From assembly GCF_009914755.1 (NCBI RefSeq), contig NC_060928.1: 64,000 bases of DNA. One strand, given 5' to 3'. This DNA comes from the human T2T-CHM13v2.0 reference genome, Homo sapiens. Under the pieces are notes generated by a model. The model had not been told where the DNA came from. It saw nothing but the letters and a program-made list of their open reading frames with translations, and ran no database searches. Numbering within the stretch: the stretch's first letter is position 1; every line of letters begins with the position of its first letter. Positions 57,979-64,000 of this stretch are shown here, piece by piece. A program made the position numbers and the translations under genes.

Positions 57979-59413
57979 CTATTAAAAAAGTTTGATAACT
58001 CATTAAATTATCAGCAGGCTATTTATTGTATAGTACAAATGGATCATTTTCTTTTATAGAATAAGTTCTTATAAAGTCATAAAATAAAATAGAACTGTGT
58101 AAAGATGGTATTATAGTTATATTTTTGATATGAAGTTTTATTATTAATAATTTAGAGAGTAAACTTGAAGACATAAAGTTCCTTATTTTGAAATTGTGTT
58201 TTTACTCAGATTTAGCTAAAATTAAAATCCTTAACAGAGATGTAGATTTAAACCATGTTCTTTGTTCCACAAGAAAGTATAAGCCCTAGAAACTGATGAA
58301 GAAGAAAACTGCCTCCTGGTAAAGTACAATATTTTTTTCCTGATCATAAAAGTAATAAATTTTCATTGTGGAAAATTAGGAAAATACAGAGAAAAACAGG
58401 AGAAAATCAGAATCACCTATAATTTTACTACCTGATAATAAATATTGCTAATATCTAGATAAATCATCTTTTTAAATGTTGATGCATTCATGTTTATAAA
58501 TGTGATTCTGGGTGAGAATTTTGTAATTATTTTAACAAAATTAGGGACAATATAGTGGGCTATTTTTACTTGCCATTTTATAATGATTTTATAATTATAA
58601 TTTTCTCAGGTCACTATTGTTTGCATACAGTATTATCTAAGTGTGGTACAGAAACTTTTAAACTTTGAAAGGTCCTAGAAGTCAAATTTATCTTCAGAAT
58701 AATATGTTAACATTTTTCGCCTTTTTACTCTCATCCTCTCACAAATGTACAGTGAAGTTTTCTAAAGTTTATATGATGTGATGCCATCCTTGCTCTAAGG
58801 GCTAATGGACTACATGCTTATGCTCCTACTTTTTTTTTAAGTCTCAGTTTTAATTTGTAATACAATAAATACTGATAGATATGTAACCCACAAAAAACAT
58901 AAGGCACCTTGGAGTACACTGAGGTATACCATGCATTCAGAAAATGAACAAATTGTACATTTTTATAAAGCAAGTGCGCTTATGTAACCAGCACCCAGTT
59001 CAAGAGAAAGAACATTACCATCACCTAGAAGCTGGACGACCCTCTTGTGATCTCTTCCAGTTACTATACTCTTCTCCTAAATAACCATTTCCTCGTGTTC
59101 CTAACACCATAGATTAGTTTTGTCTAAAACTTAAAAAAAAAAACAAAAACTGTAGGCTAATTAAAAATTTTAAAAGCGGTTTTAAAATTTGTAGATAAAC
59201 ACAGAATATGGAGCCAGAAGATATGGGTGTGATCTCTAATTCCTGGCTAAATAGTCCTGGATAATTCACTTCATTTCCTTAAGACTCAAGTTTTCTTTTC
59301 AGTAAAATGGTCGTAAAAATGCCTCATACCTCAAAATGTCCCACTGTTTCTCCAGACCTGTCTGACGACAAAAATCACCTAGACTAGTAGTTACACAACC
59401 CAGATTCTCCTAG

Positions 59414-59590
59414 AGCAGTGGTTCTTAAAGGATCAGCATCATCAGCAACACCTCAGAACTGTTAGAGATGTAAATTATTGAGCTCTTTCCCAGACTTCTT
59501 GAATCAGAAACTGGGGTGGTGGGGGGGTGGGGAGGCACAGCAGAAATCCATGTTTCAAAAAGCCCTCAAGTGATTATGATGTACACTATA
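59414..59590. mobile_element. MER5A-like DNA transposon
   Basis: cagtggttcttaa…cagcatcatcagc…gttagagatgtaaatt…gaatcagaaact…aagccctcaagtgatt. Confidence 0.7.
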
Positions 59591-60746
59591 TAATTTTTAA
59601 AAATGGTACAACTTACTATTTGGACAAACTACAATTTAACTGATTCCATATTTAAGATTTTTAAACTATGTCAAATGTTTCATTACGATAAATATTATAA
59701 TGAATATATTTATTCAAAAATTTTTATATTCAGTTCTTTAGAACAAATTCATAAAATCTATGTGGTGTCATCATCTAATTACTGGATCAAATAATGCAAA
59801 CATTTCTAAGGCTCTTCTTCCAAACTGACTTCTAGAAAGATTTCTACAAATCATACTGTAACAGAAAAAATATTTTAAACTGAAAATATTAAGCTAGGTA
59901 CTTAGCATTGTGCTATTGCTATTGGCTCCTAAAGCAACATATATACACTACACAGCACCTTTTGTAAATAATTTTAATTCTTATTTGTGAGTCTTGCTGT
60001 TCAATAATGATAATAATGATAAATAGGCAAATTTATTAACGTACATATGTGCTAGACATATAAGCCTAAATTAATTTCTATTTAATCCCATGAAATCAAT
60101 TATAAATCTTTCCTAGTCTAGAACAAACAGCATGCTTTCCTCATTATTTCTTTCTTTCATCATATTTAAAAATTCTTTCCATTCATACATTAAAAAAAAT
60201 TAGTGTTAAATACATGTTCCTTATCAAGCTAAATATAGCCTTTCTGACTTACCTAAAATATCACTTTCATAATTATAGAATTTTAAAACCAAATTTTCAG
60301 GAAATAAAACCGAATTTTCAGATAATTATCAAATCAAAATTGTAATTTAGAATTTGTAGCCCCCATTTATAAATGAGGAAACTGAGGCACAAGAGTTTTT
60401 TTCTATGATCACACACCTGGAAAGTAGAAGAATGGGGATTTAAACCCATACAAGATATGAAACATTTGGGATATAACACTGTAAATTTAAATACAATTCC
60501 CTTATGAATAAAATTCACAAAAAATTAGTTGAAAAACAGGATATATTTAACATAGCTGCTCAAAGATTCTAATTACTATGAGAGAAAAAGAAAAAGTATA
60601 ATTCTAGAAGAAATATAATGTTAGAAAAATATAGTACTCTTAATATTCTGAAAACAATATCAGAAAAAAGAACACTGAAAAATACAAATTTAGAGAAATA
60701 ATGGATTTTTTCCTTTAAAAATTTTCATTGACATTAAAATATTCTC

Positions 60747-61653
60747 TCTACAAAGAACTTAAACAAATTTACAAGAAAAAAACAAACCCATCAAGAAGTG
60801 GGCAAAGGAAATGAACAGACACTTCTCAAAAGAAGATATTTATGCAGGCAACAAACATATGAAAAAAAGCTCATTATTACTGGTCATTAGAGGAATGCAA
60901 ATCAAAACGACAATAGAATACCATCTCATGCCAGTTAGAATGGTGATCATTAAAAAGTCAGGAAACAACAGGTGCTGGAGAGGACGTGGAGAAATAGGAA
61001 CACTTTTACACTGTTGGTGGGAGTGTAAATTAGCTCAACCATTGTGGAAGACAGAGTGGCAATTCTTCAGGGATCTAGAACTAGAAATACGATTTGATCC
61101 AGCAATCCCATTACTGGGTATATACCCAAAGGATTATAAATCATTCTCCTATAAAGACACATGCACATGTATGTTTATTGCAGTACTATTCACAATAGCA
61201 AAGACTTGGAACCAACCCAAATGTCCATCAATGATAAACTGGATAAAGAAAATGTGGCACATATACACCATGGAATACTATGCAGCCATAAAAAAGGATG
61301 AGATCATGTCCTTTTCAGGGACATGGATGAAGCTGGAAACTATCATTCTCAGCAAACTAACACAGGAACAGAAAACCAAACACTGCATGTTCTCACTCAT
61401 AAGTGGGAGTTAAACAATGAGAACACATGGACACAGGGAGGGGAACATCACACACCAGGGCCTGTTGTGGGGTTGAGGGCTAGGGGAGGGATAGCATTAG
61501 GAGAAATACCTAACATAGATGATGGGTTGATGGGTGCAGCAAACCACCATGGCATGTGATACCTATATAACAAACCTGCACGTTCTGCACATGTATCCTA
61601 GAACTTAAAGTATAATTAAAAAAAAAAAAAAGAAAAAGAAAAAAAAGAAAGAA
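60747..61653 (+). mobile_element. 5'-truncated L1PA (L1PA7/8-like) with TSD
   Basis: ORF2 C-terminal 200 aa (ORF 60811..61413), 3'UTR and A tail; TSD aaaatattctc at 60736-60746 and 61654-61664. Confidence 0.93.
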
Positions 61654-61924
61654 AAAATATTCTCATAAGAAAAAAACTCACGTCAAAATCTTTATGATTT
61701 TAATTAAACACATTTGTAACAACCAGTGAGGGTATTTGGCAAGTACGTTTCTAACAGTGAGGGTATTTATTACAAGTGTTGCTACCTGTAACGATTCTTA
61801 TAAACTGTAAAAAATCATAATGTTACAATTTTATTATTTTGTTATCCATAAATAATGATTAACATGAATTTTTAAAAAGGTATGTTAATTCAGAATATAA
61901 TTTTTAAAAATACATGTCACTCAC

Positions 61925-62060
61925 TTGATTGGCTAGCTGCAATTGTTCTTGAAGGTTTCTGACTGTTTCATCATCTGCATATATGTCAGTTCCTACCTCT
62001 GTGCCAAGGGGAAAGGCCTCCAATTTTTTTTCAACAGCATCTTTTAATTCACTGTGCAAC
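61925..62060 (-). CDS. SCLT1: SCLT1 exon ~6 (136 nt): (R)LHSELKDAVEKKLEAFPLGTEVGTDIYADDETVRNLQEQLQLANQ
   Basis: Acceptor ttcaaag|GTTGCAC, donor AATCAA|gtgagt; open frame continuing into next exon. Confidence 0.95.
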
Positions 62061-63573
62061 CTTTGAAACAAATAGTTAACATGATAGCCTCAAGTCATTT
62101 TCGTAACAGTAATTACTGTTTCGAGGTCAATTAAACATTTGGGTCAACAATAACTCTTTAAACAAAATCATTTTTAAGTAGACTTCAAATAAAAAATTAG
62201 AAGTGTTTAATTACCATTAAATACTGTGCTATAAGAATCAAAAGATTATATAACAATTTCAATGCATTAAATCGATCACAATTAACTGAAGCATGATTCA
62301 GTTTGTCCTAGAGAGGTTTCAATTTTTCAAAAATTTTCAAAAGAGTAAAATTCAGATATTATCTCTTATTAAATGATAAAATAAGCCATTCAGAAAAATT
62401 CTAAAATATCTATGTAGATCTAGTCAATTAAATGAAAATTATATATTAAATCCTGTAGAATTATTTGCTATTTTCTTCAGCGTGTTTCACCAAACTCACT
62501 GGACTTCTTACTAATTCCAGTTAACAAGCAAAGAGAAGAAAATGGTCGCTGGCTATAAAACCAAGACATCAGAAGCTTTATTTTTCAGCACATCCTTATA
62601 TAAGATCAACAATAATACTGAAAGGCTTAAAATTGACTTTAATCTTAACATTAAGGTAAATTACAGATATTTCATGCCTTAACTACAAAAAAAAGCAAGG
62701 AAGGTACAACTTAAAAGAATGATTGTTTTAATTTAAAATAATACATACTTAAGAGAAAAAAAGTACATTTTCAGAAAACACTCTTATTTCATATAATCAT
62801 AAGCAGAAAATATTTATAGTAAATACATTACAAAGTGAAAATAACAAAATAAACTACATCCATCTACCTAAAACATTTAGAGGTGAATGATTTACTAATA
62901 TTACAAATCTCCTTTGAAACAAGAAAACTTAAATCTTGATGTCAAAACATATTTATTGAAAACAAAATTCATCAAATACAATAAAACTGAGAAGGTAAAC
63001 ACTTTAGAAACAAAAAAATTAATTACTCTGAAGAAAGGACAGAGCTTGAAAATTATTCTCTAATTAAAAAACTTACAAGTATTGGTTAAGACAGTTTTTA
63101 TTTTTAAATATCTAACAGTGTTTTTAAAAACTTTTATTTTTCCTATATGAAATGTTTACCTAATAGAGAAAATGATCAGTATAGAAATATAACAAGTTTT
63201 AGAAAAGATACCCCAAGTCCTATGAAAAAAACCATTATTAATTCTGTAATATATTTTCTAGCAGAATTTTTACTTTCCATTAAAAATAGACCAATGACAT
63301 ACTGTATTGCTAATACTATAATCTGTCTTTTTAACCGTAGTATTCAGACATATGCATTCTCTCACATTCTAAAAAGTTTTCTGCAAATATTTTAAAGATG
63401 ACATAATATTCCATCATTTTCATCATATGGTTATCTGCATCATAACTTATCAATTATCCTAATCCTTTAAATTGATTGTAAAATGAAATGAAAAAATAGT
63501 AAAATTAATATTTAGTACACTGTACTTTAAAATATCAGAAACACTGAGAATTAAAGTGTCTTATTTCTTTGTT

Positions 63574-64000
63574 ACGCAGCCAAAAGACACATGAAAAAAT
63601 GCTCATCATCACTGGCCATCAGAGAAATGCAAATCAAAACCACAATGAGATATCATCTCACACCAGTTAGAATGGCAATCATTAAAAAGCCAGGAAACAA
63701 CAGGTGCTGGAGAGGATGTGGAGAAATAGGAACACCTTTACACTGTTGGTGGGACTGTAAACTAGTTCAACTATTGTGGAAGTCAGTGTGGCAATTCCTC
63801 AGGGATCTAGAACTAGAAATACCATTTGACCCAGCCATTGCATTACTGGGTATATACCCAAAGGACTATAAATCATGCTGCTATAAAGACACATGCACAC
63901 GTATGTTTATTGCGGCATTATTCACAATAGCAAAGACTTGGAACCAACCCAAATGTCCAACAATGATAGACTGGATTAAGAAAATGTGGCACATATACAC
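63574..64000 (+). mobile_element. Young L1PA ORF2 3' region, running off the window
   Basis: gcagccaaaagacacatgaaaaaatgctcatcatcactggccatcagagaaatgc… closely follows primate L1 consensus. Confidence 0.93.

Noticed and set aside
60811-61413. 200-aa ORF, the longest in the track
   Set aside because: C-terminus of L1 ORF2 in a 5'-truncated copy; not a host gene

Overview
Human genomic DNA (a human-specific AluYb8 is present). The whole window lies inside the minus-strand gene SCLT1 (sodium channel and clathrin linker 1, a centriolar distal-appendage coiled-coil protein). Twelve consecutive coding exons, probably exons 6-17 (about c.291-1632), were traced by hand. All have GT-AG boundaries and give one continuous reading frame. 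The introns are AT-rich and full of Alu, L1, L2/MIR, LTR and DNA-transposon relics, and almost all ORFs in the supplied track are repeat-derived or spurious. I see no evidence of a wholly new biological system. The notable items are: a 396-nt exon 6-9 back-splice circle that would be a stop-free ORF; an LTR8 copy apparently mobilised by L1; an L1PA with a probable 3' transduction; a decayed C2H2 zinc-finger array in intron 16; an internally deleted L1 with an in-frame ORF1-ORF2 fusion; a young AluYb8; a Cys codon at residue 441; and several templated duplications and hairpins. Exon numbering, c. positions and repeat subfamilies come from recalled reference knowledge and need confirming.
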